Below, in pieces: positions 1 to 12,900 of a stretch of 64,000 nt of DNA. Origin of the DNA: Takakia lepidozioides (taxonomy: Eukaryota; Plantae; Bryophyta); contig CM060733.1 of NCBI GenBank assembly GCA_030704615.1, positions 11,904,001 to 11,968,000 of the forward strand. Direction: 5' to 3'. A model generated the notes under the pieces. That model worked only from the letters and a program-made list of their open reading frames with translations. It did no database searches and was not told where the DNA came from. The stretch's first letter is position 1; each line of letters begins with the position of its first letter. The position numbers were made by a program, and so were the translations under genes.

Positions 1-3000
1 GGGCAGTGGGCAGGTGGACAGCCAGGTGCGGTTGATGGGCTCTCTTTTGGAACCTGAGGTTACCGGAGTGATAAAGCTGAGTCATGGTGAGGCCTACCTC
101 TCTCAAGAAAAGGGGTTTGAGAAGGGTGCGAGTGCCTCCCCTTCAACTATATCCACCAGTCCCCCAGGGGGCGGCTACAGCTGGATGGCAGCTGCTGAAA
201 ACATTGCACGGAGTCACACTGCTGATGCGTTTATCTTGCCAGATAACCTCATCAGCAAGCCGTCGGGTATGTGAGCTCTCAGTTAGGTAATTTGTTGCAA
301 GGTGCACAGGCACCTCTTGGACCACAAGAACTTTCAGTAGAGAAGTTTTGGAGTCATAGAGGTTTTTTGTTGGCGAGAAGGAAAATTTGCCATTGAAATT
401 TGTATTCCTTGGTACCTAAACCTGTCAATGATAGAATGCTGCAGTTCATCTGGTTTCAAGTACACAAATGAGAGTTCAACTGCACCTTCACTGTCTTGTG
501 CCAGAGCAACAAGCTTTGGAAGTTTGGACTTTCATTTGCAATCCATCCCATAATCTAAATCTTTCGGTTGCCATGTTGTAATTTGTGAAGGTGCAGGAGA
601 GGAGCTGATAATGGGAGATGGCAGCAAGGATCGAAGCACACAGCCTCCTGTATCTGTTCGATTACGTGGGCTTAAATTGCAGCTTGGGCCTGAGCTTCGC
701 ATGGTGTATCCTTTGATTCTCAACTTTGCTGTCAGCGGGGAACTGGAGCTCAATGGATTTGCAGATCCCCTTCGGGTGAAGCCTAAGGGCACTTTGACTT
801 TCGAGAATGGGGACGTTAATCTTGTTGCCACTCAGGTAGATTTTTTTGACTCTGTTGTGTGACCAGGACTATTAACGTGCTGCTAAAGTCATTATGTTGT
901 GGCAGTGATGATGGTTACTAATCACTAATCTAGTGGGTTTGCATGGATCAGGCTATGATTTCCTGTCATTTATCAGGGTTGTTTGCTTGAACATATTGTT
1001 ATCTTTTTTATCAGGGGGAACCTTTTTGTTCGCAACACTCTTTCCCTCATATCCTTCCTGTATTTGCAAAATGCATCTCGACCAATGCTGTTGTTGAGTT
1101 CTTGAGGTAACAGGTTTCTTGGATACCTCTGTTCAAGATTCTAGCTATCACCACAAAGCAGCGATCAAAACCTCAAAGCGGAAGAATTGATGCTTGCAGG
1201 TTAGGCTCAACAGGGACCATCCAAACAGGGCTAAATTTGAGCCTGATCAGGGCTTAGACCCTACCCTTGACCTGGCACTGGTGGGGGCAGAATGGCAGCT
1301 CGTGGTTCAAGGACGTGCTCGCAACTGGCAAGACAACCTTGTTCTCACGTCTAATGGCACCGGAAAGCAAGATACCCTCACTTCCTTTGAGGTCTCTCTT
1401 CTTTTTGTTTATTTGTTGTTAAAGACGAGTCGGGCAAGACCCCAGATCAACCTCATTTTGTGTTTCTCTTGGATGTTATAGAGCTTCTCTTTCCCAGGGT
1501 TTTTTCCTTCCTTCTCCCCTCCTCTGATATCCCTTCGAAATTGTACTAGAAGAGTGAGGCCAAGATTCGTATGGCCTGTTTGGGACCCAAGAATTGCCTG
1601 AAAAACCTCACATCGTTGGGCATTTGGGTGATTTCAGCTTCCCCATGTTGCAAACTCGTGAGGAAGTTGGCGACATCTTTACAGAATCCACCTGTTCCAT
1701 CTCTGGGCATGTTGGTATTGATAGAAAACACCTTATACGTTGTAGTCAGCACTGTGCTGAAAGAGAGTCCCTCTTTGATCACACAGCAGACTGACACTGT
1801 TTTGCACTTTCCTCTCATTTGAGCAGCTCACGAAGGTTGTTGGGTTTGAATTCTGAATTCAAATTTTCATGATCCGTCTTGGAGCAAGGGTTTAGGTTTC
1901 TAATGCTGTCTTTGTCTGTTACCCCCTCCACTCCCATAATCTCTGTGAATGAAGGTTTTTTTTTTCATCTTCCTTTTCCAGAGATTCCTCACCTCAGTGG
2001 AGGCCTTCAGCTTTGAAGACCAGAAGTGCTGAGCAGCTTACCTGCACGAGGCAGTCGTCTCTAATTAACATGTGTGGGTTCTTGTACGTTTCTTTTAGTT
2101 CTACTTTCTCCCATGGGCATCCCTCCTGGCATCTCGTGAACATGATAAATTTCTTTCGCTTTGGCTTGAAACAAAGTGTTTGCCTTCGTCTTCTTTCCTT
2201 TTTCCTGTTATTCTGCTTCGTCCCACGGTCTTTGGGGCCCTGGTGGATGCCATAAGTTTCTTTCTTATTCGCTCTGCCAGTTACCCTCAATCATATGTGC
2301 TTAGACGTTTATAACTCTTCACTTACGCTTGAAGCACTGAACTTCCTGTGAATGTACAGGCTACACGAGTGTTTGAGAGCCAGTTGTCAGACTCCTTACT
2401 GGAGAAAGATGGCAAATTAGCATTTAAGAAACTGGCTGCTGCCACAGTGGAGACACTCATGCCCAAGATTGAAACCAAGGGCGAGTTTGGACAGGCTCGC
2501 TGGCGTCTTGTATCTGCCCCCCAAATTCCCAATTTGCTGTCACTAGATCCCACAACAGACCCCTTCAAATCACTGGCCAACCTCTCTTTTGGTACAGAAG
2601 TGGAGGTGCAACTGGGTCGACATTTACAGGTATGGGCCATGTCCTTCCATCGGCTGTTTCAAAATTATGTGTGAAAGTTCAGAGCGCCACTTCATCTAGC
2701 TGCTCGTGCAAAGATGCAAGAGTTGCTTAATGAAAGTGATGCTGTAGTTTTGGGTGTTCCAAAGAGCCAGGACACAATGAGGCACATGGTATAGTCCATA
2801 TATGTGTTATCTTTTGCATTCAGGTGAAGGCTACACTTGACCTGTCTTTCCCCCTGTTTCTAGGGTGTTTTGATCTTTGGCTTACACTCTTAGCTCTTTG
2901 AGTTTCCTGTGGACATTATGGTCCACTTTGGTCTTTTTTGCTCTGTTTCTTCTCTTTCTTTAAATACAATTCCACTTAAACTGGGCGTGGGCTGGATGGC

Positions 3001-3576
3001 TACGACAGTCGTCTCATGAGTACATTCTCTTTTTAGATACACTCAATACTCCATTCACCATGTAACACTATAGCTTGGGTGTGTCTAAGGTAATCTCAGT
3101 TTATCCCTAGTGGATGAAACCCAACAAACTTGTCAGGATTTAAGAGAATCTGATGCCCTAGGCTATGTCAGAAGCTCTGTTGAAGTTGGTAAGTGGGTGT
3201 AAAGTTCAACAAACGATATTCCTAGGATCTTGCTTCCAGCCAGAGTAGACCTTATGGAAGGGATGCCATCCAGTGTACGAGAGGTTTGATGTCTTATTCA
3301 GAGATGCCTCTGAAAGGGTTTGCATACTCTGATGGCCCATGGAAATTTGCCTTTGCAAGTTGTTATCCTCACAAGCTTCTCTAGTTGATTTCCATGGGCT
3401 AACCTCTGCAAAGCTCTGTGTAGGCATCGGTGGTGCGGCAGCTGAAAGAATCAGAGATGGCGACTCAGTGGACGCTGATGTATCAGCTTAACAGCAAACT
3501 TCGAGTTCTTTTCTCCTCCATTCCATCTGTCGATAACCGCCTTCTAATTGAGTACTCAGCCACCTCGCAAAATTGA
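1..3576 (+). CDS. TIC236: TIC236 (TamB/DUF490-family chloroplast inner-envelope translocon protein), 3' portion. Exons approx. <1-266, 591(or 597)-835, 1200-1391, 2360-2629, 3424-3576 (stop TGA 3574-3576)
   Basis: Translated exons match the recognisable TIC236 C-terminus: LGPELRMVYPLILNFAVSGELELNG...KPKGTLTFENGDVNLVATQ / VRLNRDHPNRAKFEPDQGLDPTLDLALVG / RVFESQL...LAFKKLAAATVETLMPKIETKGEFGQARWRLV / ASVVRQLKESEMATQWTLMYQL...EYSATSQN*. Introns are GT-AG and the phases are consistent. Confidence 0.93.
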
Positions 3577-4954
3577 GGCTGTCACCCCTGCTGAAATCCG
3601 TGGTCATTGTTTTGATTCAAATCATGCCCGCAGGAAATGGTATTCATCCATATTGGAGCAATGGATTGAAACACGCCCACCACAATTGCTACAGGACACT
3701 CTTGTTGACTGTCCTTGCAGAAAGCCTCCAACAAAGAGTTCAGCGGTTAGGGGACTGTGGCCAGACTGTGGTTCAACCCTGGTTTGAAGTCCGTTGGTAT
3801 TTTGTGAGGATCTTCCCCCGATAGCACACGGCAGGAATTCTGAGTCTTCTGTGGAAGAAAGGTGTTTGCCCATAAGAAACTCCGAAAAGACTCCCACCCC
3901 CTAACAGGCCTACAAGGCGACTCTGTAAGCTCCGATCCAGGATCTTGTCATGGCTTCACCTGATAGAAAACATGCGTGTCAAAGGAATATTTTCTGTAAT
4001 TTGCAGTCACTCCGACAGGTTTCTCAGCATGTTTCCAGGCAATATCATGTTGGGGTTCTTAGGTGGGTGGTCATTGAGAACTGCAGGTTGTTGGTTGACA
4101 AGGGAGAAAGAGCTGAGGTTTGTGCTTGTTTATAATTCTTTTGTGAGGGTGATAAGTAGTACCCTCATGTCTCATGCAAACATAAAGAAAGTAAACCAAT
4201 GATTGTTTTTGGCGGTTCTTTATGAACCCTGTATAGCAACGTATGTTGACCCAATGTAACTCTTCTGGCCTTCAACATGTTGTTGACTTCCCTTCCAGGC
4301 CCGCCACATCTGAACTTTTTAGTTGTTTTTTGGGGGAGTTCACATATTCCTTATTCTTTCAGTGGTGTTTCTCTTCTGCCCCTAACACCACCAATTCGCT
4401 ACTGTGTCGTAGATCAGCATACCTATGGATCCAGCCATGTTTGAAACAACCTGTTTGCAGCTCCTCCTGATTCATCCCTGGCATTTCTATTGCTGATCGA
4501 AGCACCTCACTGCTGATAATTGTTACGGGGAGGTCATTAAAGATCGTTAACAGAAGCTTGCTTATTTGGTTACTGAGACTGAGACCCTCAGTGGTGCTAC
4601 TGCACAGCACTGTGAGTCTGTTGTTGGAATTTTGGAGCTTCTGTGATGGTATGCCTGTTAACCTGACTTCCGTTCTGAAAGATTCAAGGCCTATTCACCA
4701 AATTTGGGTCCTACTCATGTCTTCTTTAAATTTCCAGTAAACTTTTCTGTGTGTTCCTTTGATTTCATCTTGATAATTGGAAGAGTTGTTTGCCTGAACC
4801 AACCTGCAGCTTGTGGATATTCCTGTGGAAACTTCTGAGGTCCTGTGATTATCACCACAGCAGCAGACTCCTCCCTCTCTCTGTAGTGTACAAGTCAATT
4901 TGACGGATCGCAAACTCTGTCCTAGGGCAATAGTGCTTTTGGGCTGCTTGTGGA

Positions 4955-5725
4955 GTGCCCCTCTCTCTTTCACAGGCCCTTCCACCCAAAGGGCTAGTGG
5001 CAAGGGCCCTCACAACATCTATGAGGCTCAAAGCTGCAGGTTTCAGGAACTCCTGGTATGCTCGAGTGGACAGTTTATTTCAATGTAACGGACTTTCTAC
5101 TGCTTTCCTATTACCAATGAACCCAGATGATGTGGACATCACATCCAGACATGACTGCAACAGACTCATTCGGAGAGAGCTTATGGAATTACATGTCAAG
5201 AGAACTTGGATGCTACCCAATCTCACAACAAAGCTCCACTTCTATCGAGAGACATTGGTGCTCCGCGATGATAGAATCTTGAGACCAAATTACCTTTCAG
5301 CACCCTTATCTCCTTCCCTCTTGAGGGCATTGGGGCGGTTCAGGGTGGGTTCCCACAACCTACGGATAGAGACTGGCAGATGGGAAAACCTGCAAGGGGA
5401 GGACCGCCTATGTCCAGCTTGCATAGGGCGCAGCAAGGAAATTGAAACTGAAGAACACTTCTTCTTCTACTGCCCTCTATACTACGAGATCCGTGGGAGA
5501 TTCCACTGTTTATTCAGTGGAACCCAAACTCTCACTGATGTCTTTCACTATGAGGATCAAAAATGCTTGGCAGCCTACCTACACGAGGCCTTCACCCTTA
5601 GACAATCGCTAGAACATTAATTGTGGTTTCTGGATTTGTTCCTCTCTCATGTTTTCTTCCATTTTGTCCCATAAGCTCTACGAGCTTTCCGCGGACGTTA
5701 TAAAGCACCATTTCATTTCATTTCT
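4955..5725 (+). mobile_element. 5'-truncated LINE family A (RTE-X-like): ORF2 C-terminus, 3' UTR and (CATTT)n tail
   Basis: ORF 4955-5620 contains RFRVGSHNLRIETGRW...RLCPAC...ETEEHFFFYCPLYYEIR, a non-LTR C-terminal CCHC zinc knuckle. It is followed by cataagctctacgagctttccgcggacgttataaagcaccatttcatttcatttc. The clade label is an inference from motif style. Confidence 0.8.
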
Positions 5726-5793
5726 TGTTGCTTCTCTTGTCCCATAAGCTCTTTGAGTTTTCTGCGGACGTTATAACGGACCATTTCATTTCT
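5726..5793 (+). mobile_element. Very short LINE family A 3' end directly after the previous tail
   Basis: cataagctctttgagttttctgcggacgttataacggaccatttcatttc. Confidence 0.7.
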
Positions 5794-6019
5794 GTCCCCC
5801 TTCCTCAACACTCCAACTGTTGTGCATTTTCTGCAAGAACAGGCCAGCCTAAGGCGTCTGGCAAGACCCAGAACTGCATTGTATCAGCGGTATGCCCAAA
5901 CAAAAGCCTTGCTGGAAGAGGAACAGATGTCTGAATGCTCATTCAAGGTTTGCCCCCTGCGTGTCACTCTAACTCTTGTGCTTGCACTGGTTTGTAACTG
6001 AATTCTTTGTTTATTTTGC

Positions 6020-6102
6020 GTTCTTGTCTCATAAGCTCTTCAGGCTTCATGAGGGGTTGCTATAGAGTTTCTTTCTTTCTCTAAAGTACCATTTCATTTC
6101 AG
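6020..6102 (+). mobile_element. Degenerate LINE family A 3' end
   Basis: cataagctcttcaggcttc ... taaagtaccatttcatttcag. Confidence 0.55.
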
Positions 6103-6924
6103 TTCTCTAGCTTTGTCAATCCACATTGCAGGAATATATTGATCTTTTAGTTGGCCTTTTCTTAAGGGCTAGCAGCTTGCACTCTTTCAATATACAGTCC
6201 AGAGGGATTTCTGGATTTTACGTGTGAGTCCACCAGTCTGGGCAGCGGTTCTGCCATTGCTTGTTTATTTGCCTAGTAGTGCAAGGTTTTTATCTGAACT
6301 AGCAAGCTGAGATGAGTTAGCTGTCAATGCCTCCCTACATGCTCCTCATACAAGTGCTTTTCCACCTATTCAGTTGGTTCATTGTGTACTTGTTGTTTGC
6401 ACTCTGCTACAGCCTGTCGTGGGACGGAGACCAGACCCTGGTTCATCCTTGTCTGCTCCTATCGTTGACCGCCTCAGTGAAATGAAACAGCGTATTGAAT
6501 TTCGTAAAAGAGTATGTGTCTACTTTCATTGAGCTGTCCTCCTTCCCTCGACCTGTTTTCTTTTGGAGTAAGTAAGCAGTATAGCCATTAGGAGCCTTCA
6601 ATTTCTCTTCATAGTAAATCTTGACTTTTATGTCGAAGAGTCCCAGCCTCTTGCATTAAGTGGCAGTCCATGAGTTTCAGCATGCGTGTTTTTTGAGATG
6701 CTGGTGGTGATGAGTATGCTGTCATGCTAGCATTCCTGAATAAGGCATAATGCAGATCCAATAGTTGGGTATAAACATCTCTTTCTTTCCTTGAGGCGTT
6801 CACTCTTGCACCTCACCCGCAAGTCTGTCGACAATTCTGGAAAGTTAAAGCCTGTAAGCTCACTGCTAACACCGAATACAAAAGAACCAAGCAATACAAC
6901 CCAACATGTTTTTGGACGGGAGAA

Positions 6925-7262
6925 CTGAAAGGAAATGATACTTTATAATGTCCACAGAAAGCAAAGAGCTTATGGGACAAGAGAAAGCACAAGAAAAAGA
7001 GAGGCACTCCACAAGCAGCTCAATAGCAACTGTTGTTCAAGGGATTGTCTAAGAGTCAACGCCTCATGCCGATATGCATTTCTGATCCTCGTAATGGAAG
7101 ACGTCTGAGAGATTGGGTTTCTTGGAATAGACAATAGAATCTTTCATGGATCTCATAGTAGAGAGGACAGTGAAAGAAGAAATATTCTTCACTTCCGATT
7201 TCCCTGTCGTTTCCAGCGCAAGCAGGGCACCGGATAACTGAAGTGGTACTTTAGAAAGAAAG
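6925..7262 (-). mobile_element. LINE family A 3' fragment, antisense, with a second tail remnant near 7240
   Basis: The minus strand encodes ...LSDVFHYEDQKC, matching the 4955-5620 ORF. The reverse-complement tail ataaagtatcatttcctttc lies at 6928-6947. Confidence 0.75.
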
Positions 7263-7620
7263 AAGCTGCACAATGTCTATAGGGCCACAAGGTCCATGGG
7301 ACAAGGTGCTCATTGATAGTGCATTGGTTAACTTTTATGATGTGCCTTTCAGGGCATAATTGCAACAAAATACACCCCTTTTCCTGAAACTCGGCCCAAA
7401 ATGCAACAGCCGTTGTTCACAGCTGAGGATAATCTGGTCACGAGGTCTATTGATTGTCAATCTTAGGGGCTAGCATCAAAATCACACTTGAGAGTAACAT
7501 TACTGCAAGTGTAGCCCTCCACCTATACAGCTGTAAGTTATGTGGTGTCAATTGCAATGTGAATCTTACAGAAGAAGAGAAAGAAAGAAAGCACCTCAAC
7601 TCATTGAACATCCCTGTGAA

Positions 7621-7648
7621 TGTGGGTGTGTGGGTGTGTGTGTGTGTG
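7621..7648. repeat. Imperfect (GT)n microsatellite
   Basis: tgtgggtgtgtgggtgtgtgtgtgtgtg. Confidence 0.7.
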
Positions 7649-9928
7649 AAAGGGGGTTTGGAAGGTGGGGTGGTGCGGGGGATTTCAGAGAGATTTTTTG
7701 AGGAGGGAGGGAGAGAGTGGAGGTTTGATGGCTTGGATGCAAATCCAGTATGCAGAGTGACAGTGTGCCATGGTTTCTGTGGTTACAGAAAGGCATACCA
7801 ACGAACTACAGGAGAAGCAAAAGTGCTTCCATTAAAGAAAGACAGAAGGTTTGCAACTCTTTATCTTATACTTCAACCTCCTCCGCTGATACAATACTGT
7901 TCTCATGCAACTGATGCTTCCAAGGAAAAGTGATCATGAAATATGGTATGAGATCATGGACTAGGTGAATTTAGTGAGTGACATGTAGCACTTAACTTCA
8001 AAGTAAAAAGCTCATCATGAAATCACCACTGTGCCCAGGCACAGCTGAGAACATTCCAGTAATAGGGGTTTTACCACTACGCTATGGATATCTTGGTAAA
8101 ATTATCATCATTTTAGATCATATAGATGAGTAGATGTCCACAGGAGGTCCAAACAGCTAATGGGACAGTATCGTAGAGAGAGGGACTCAGTTTGGGTTGT
8201 ATATTGTGGCATTAGGATGGACAAAAGAGTATGATAAACAGGGCACAGACAATGTGTGCAACCACAGGAAAGTTCAAGACTGTTGCAGACATGGTACTAT
8301 TCTTCTTTACTGGCATAGTTTTTTGACAGTTGATGCTACATAGTCCACTCGAGAGAGATGAGCCACGCGACTGCCGTTCTCGTGAAGATAAGGCGGTTCA
8401 GGTGTCAAACTAAACCTGACACCTGATTTAACACTTGACCTAAATCCAAGTGTTAAATACAAATAACTAGCTTTATTCTAGTTGTTTTCACATTGTGCTT
8501 ATTTAACTTGACAGCATACATATCGCTACACAACTACATCGCTGTCCAAACCACACCACACATATATGCACAATAAAGTAGTCTGCCACAATCGCCCCCC
8601 TAGCTGGTGGATAGGTCCCTCTAACTCCAGATAGCTACAAGATGTAATAGCCACAGCCGCACCCTTGTGTTGGTTACTGAGCTGGTTTTGAGCCTTGTAA
8701 TTTTGTGTCATGGCAATTTTTTCTAGAAGTGGTATTAATCCTCTGATTGTAGGGCTCCACTGTGAGCTGCCCTCTCTCATTAAAAAAAAAAAGCGGTAGA
8801 CCAGATTGTCATCACCACAATGAGTCTTGATCACCATCTGCCCTTTACTTAATTCTTTCCTTCATGGTTCTTCGCCAACTGCCCTTCAACCAAATGAAAA
8901 GTGAGGAAAAAACATCCAGTCACCTTGGCAAGTGTACAACAACTCGTAGTCCTGAAATGGGCTTTACGGTATTAATATCATCAATTACCTCCCCCGAGGT
9001 AATTTAAATGTAAGTGACCAACTATACTTTTTGCCATCACATACGTAACTTGTGGAACTGCGGAAGTTATAGTGCGTGTGCAAGCTTTGTTGTAGAGCTC
9101 TCCTAGGGAGGAATGGCTGCTCTCAGTTCAGGCTGGGGAGTGCAATGCCAGGTTCGATGCACTGGATGTGATGAGAACTTTTCCTCGGCCTCCAGAAAAT
9201 TTGAAGAAAGGTGAGACCTGGAACTCTGCTTATTTTTTAGTTCTCTGTGCGATCAATCAAGTTCTTTATTGTTCGTACGTTAGTACGTAGCAGGGACTAC
9301 ACCCAGTCATCAATGGTTATAGAGGATAGATTATAATCCACACCCTCGTTTTTCTTCTGTCTCTTGTGGAGTATCTGCAGCACTTTTTCCACTCCATGAG
9401 ACTGGTGCTGCATGATGGCAGACAGGTGTTTCAGAAGTTCTGCAACAATTGACCATTAGTCTTGTGGTCGTGAGTTGCTGGAAGCCTGCTATATGCAAGT
9501 ATCCAAACTTGTCTTGTTCAATGGCAGTCTCGAGTGTAATCTTTGAATGACCCATGGATTTCGAGGACCGCTGGCATGATTGTGGAGATGTGTATCCTCC
9601 ACCCTGACAAACTTGTTCAACTGTTGGAAGTAATTAAACATATCTAGAAGACTAAGAGTCTTGAAGGCCAAAGGTTTAGAAGTCTAAGAGACTATCTTGT
9701 TTAACTCACCTTTGGAAGGTGAATGGCTAGAAGGTGGATGGTCACCATAGTGGAAGTGGAAGTGACCAAGTAGGACTTTCTAGAGACCTTCTTGTACAAG
9801 CTCGGGGGTGAAGCCACTAGTCTAAGTGTAAGAGTATGATGGTGGCTTCTATGGTTGGGAGGAGAGCTTTAGTTTTAGCTTTAGTCTAAGACTTTAGTTC
9901 TTGTTCATGTTCTTGCTCAATTCTAACA

Positions 9929-9941
9929 TGGTATCAGAGCC
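9929..9941 (+). promoter_or_regulatory. Copia primer-binding site (tRNA-iMet)
   Basis: tggtatcagagcc immediately after the 5' LTR; the canonical plant iMet PBS. The PPT tgagtgggag is at 14081-14090. Confidence 0.95.
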
Positions 9942-9983
9942 ATTCTTCTCTAGGTAAGAGTTGGTAGTTGAGATTGAGAGAAC

Positions 9984-12900
9984 TTGATTATGGTTGGAGC
10001 GTCGTCTTCTAGCAATCCTCCTTCTATGTCTATGACGAGTGCATTAGATGTGAGAGTGGAAGATCGATTCAATGGAACTAACTATCAAACCTGGAAGTTT
10101 AGGATGGAGATGGTCATTCTAGACAAAGATCTATGGGGAGTGGTTGATGGATCAGTCCCAAGACCTGACACTATTGTTGGCCAAGCCATATGGGATAGGA
10201 AAGATCAGAAAGCAAGAGCTAGCATCATCACAAGCTTGAGAGACAATCAGTTGCATCTCATTATAAGTGCTAAGAATGCTAAGGATGTTTGGGATAAGCT
10301 AGCATATATGAGACAAAGGATGTCACATCGCAAGTGTATGCGACGCAAAAGTTCTATGGTCTGAAGATGACCGAGTCAGACTCAGTTGAACAACACTTGA
10401 ATTTGTTTTGTGTGTTGCGAGATCAACTAGTCTCTGTGGGAACTAATGTGACTGATGAACACGCTGCAGTGGTGTTATTGGCAACCTTACCTGAATCCTA
10501 TGATGGTTTTGTGGTGTCTCTAGCAGGACAAACCAACTTAACTATTGATGTTGTCATAGGACTTCTCCTCAAGGAGGAAACAAGAAGAAAAGGTCAAGGT
10601 ACGTCTACAGAGGTAGACAGAGTTTTGTTCACAGGCAAGACTGGAGTAGTCTTGAATAGAAGACTCCCTTCACATATGTCTCAGAAGTCCCAGAGGTTTC
10701 AGAAACCTCAATCTAGCTCAAAGATCAAAAAGGCCAAAGTGAGGTGCTTTTATTGCAAGAAACTTGGTCACATGATCAAGGATTGTAGAAAGCGCATTGC
10801 AGATGAGCGCAGCAGAGAGAGTCAAGGGAACATAGCTACTCATCAGAGGAATGTTATTCTATTTGTTGTGTCTCTCTCAGCCACTACTAGACAGAAGCAT
10901 GTGTGGTATGTTGATTCAGGAGCATCTCAACATATGAGTTCAGAGAGAGAGCATTTCTTATCCTATAGATCTCTTTCACCTACACAATATGTTCTTTTGG
11001 GAGATGATAGCAAGCATGTCATTGGTGGGGAAGGCTCAGTCTCTATTATGCTCAATGAAAGGGAAACCATAGAGGTGGAAAATGTCCTACATGTCCATAC
11101 TTTAACAAAGAACCTGCTGTCTGTAAGGCAATTGTTGCAAAGGGATACAGAGTGGTATTCCAAGATGAGAGTTGTACTATCACAGATAGCTCAGGAGCTG
11201 TGGTAGCAAGAGCTATTCTTGATAATTGCTTGTATAGATTACAACATCATGTCTCTAGTGCTCGTACCACAATTTCACCACAGTTGGGATCTACACCTGT
11301 CATGTCAGAAACATAGTTGTGGCATAGAAGGTTAGGTCATGTGAGCATTAAGAAGTTGAGACAGATGCAACTCTGAAGCCATCTTGTGGAAGGACTACCA
11401 TTGAAGGAGATGAGCGATATGCGTCTATGCAAAGCTTGGAAGGGAAACAACATCGAGGTCAATTTCCTAAGGATGGTGGACGAAGAGCCACAAGTATATT
11501 GGAGATTGTACATTCTGATGTGTGCGGGCCAATGCAAACCACATCACTTGGAGGAGCAAGGTACTTTGTGACATTCATTGATGATTTGTCAAGGAGGGTT
11601 GTGGTGAATTTCCTAAGGCAGAAAAGTCAAGTGCTAGAGAAATTCAAGGAGTTCAAAGTACTTGCAGAAAAACAAACTGGAAAGCCTCTTAAGATTTTGA
11701 GATCTGACAATGGTGGTGAGTACATCTCAAAGGCTTTCAATCAGTTTTGTCAAGAGAATGGAATAGCTCGACAGTTTACTGTTCCATATACACCTGAGCA
11801 GAATGGTGTAGCTGAGCGGATCAATAGATCACTACAAGAATCTGCAAGGAGTATGTTGAAAGAAGTGAATCTTTCAAATCATTTTTGGGCAGAAGCTGTT
11901 GGCACTGCAGCATATCTTCACAACAAAATACCTACCAAATCAGTGTTGGGAAAAACACCAGAAGAGGTATGGAGTGGTCAGAAGCCTAGTGTGGCTCATT
12001 GTAGGATTTTTGGATGTCGTGCATATGTCCATATCCCTACTCAGAAGCGAAGGAAACTTGACTCCAAATCAGAAGGATGCATCTTCATTGGCTACACAGA
12101 AGGTGTGAAGGGATATAAGTTGTTCAATAAGACAACTAAGGCTGTCAAACACAGTAGGGACGTAGTATTTGATGAAGGCTTCATACCCTCTTTGGTAGTG
12201 GGAGAAGATGACATGGGAATGAGCTTAGAGCCATTATACCATTTCCAAGAGGAGTCTTATGAGGAGCCAATACAAGAGATGGCTGAAGCAAATGATGGAG
12301 ATGTTCAACTTGATGGAGTTGATCAAGGAGTCGAAGTTGGTGAACCACTTGGTGATATGGACTCTAGAGATGAAGTTGAAGATGTGCCAATTCTAAGGAG
12401 ATCTCAGCGGGAAAAGAAAGCTCCTAATAGGCTGATTACATCTATGGGTGCCATTGAAGCTATGGAAGAAGTATCACAAGTGATTGAGCCTGCTACATAT
12501 GAGGAAGCGATGCGCTCTCCAGACAAACTACAATGGGAAGAAGCAATCAACTCAGAGTTGGATTCATTGATGCAAAACAAAGCATGGACACTCACTAGGT
12601 TGCCTGTAGGACGAAGAGCCATTGGTTGCAAGTGGATCTTCAAGTTGAAGTACAAAGCTGATGGATCTATTTACCGGTACAAAGCTCGTCTTGTAGCTAA
12701 AGGCTATGCACAAATTCAAGGAGTGGATTACAATGAAACCTTCTCACCAGTGGTGAAGATTTCTTCTATCACAGTGTTGTTAGCTCTTGCAGCTCAACAT
12801 AATCACGATGTTCATCAAATGGATGTTAAGACCGCATTTCTGAATGGAGAATTACAAGAAGAGATCTACATGAGACAACCTGAAGGGTTTGTACAAGGAG

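Noticed and set aside
1500-4900. Short ORFs in TIC236 introns and 3' flank (1546-1818, 3622-3897, 4359-4610)
   Set aside because: Probably decayed retroelement remnants, but no diagnostic motif was readable.
7454-7933. 159-aa ORF
   Set aside because: TTG start, spans a GT microsatellite and G-rich tract, and has no recognisable domain.
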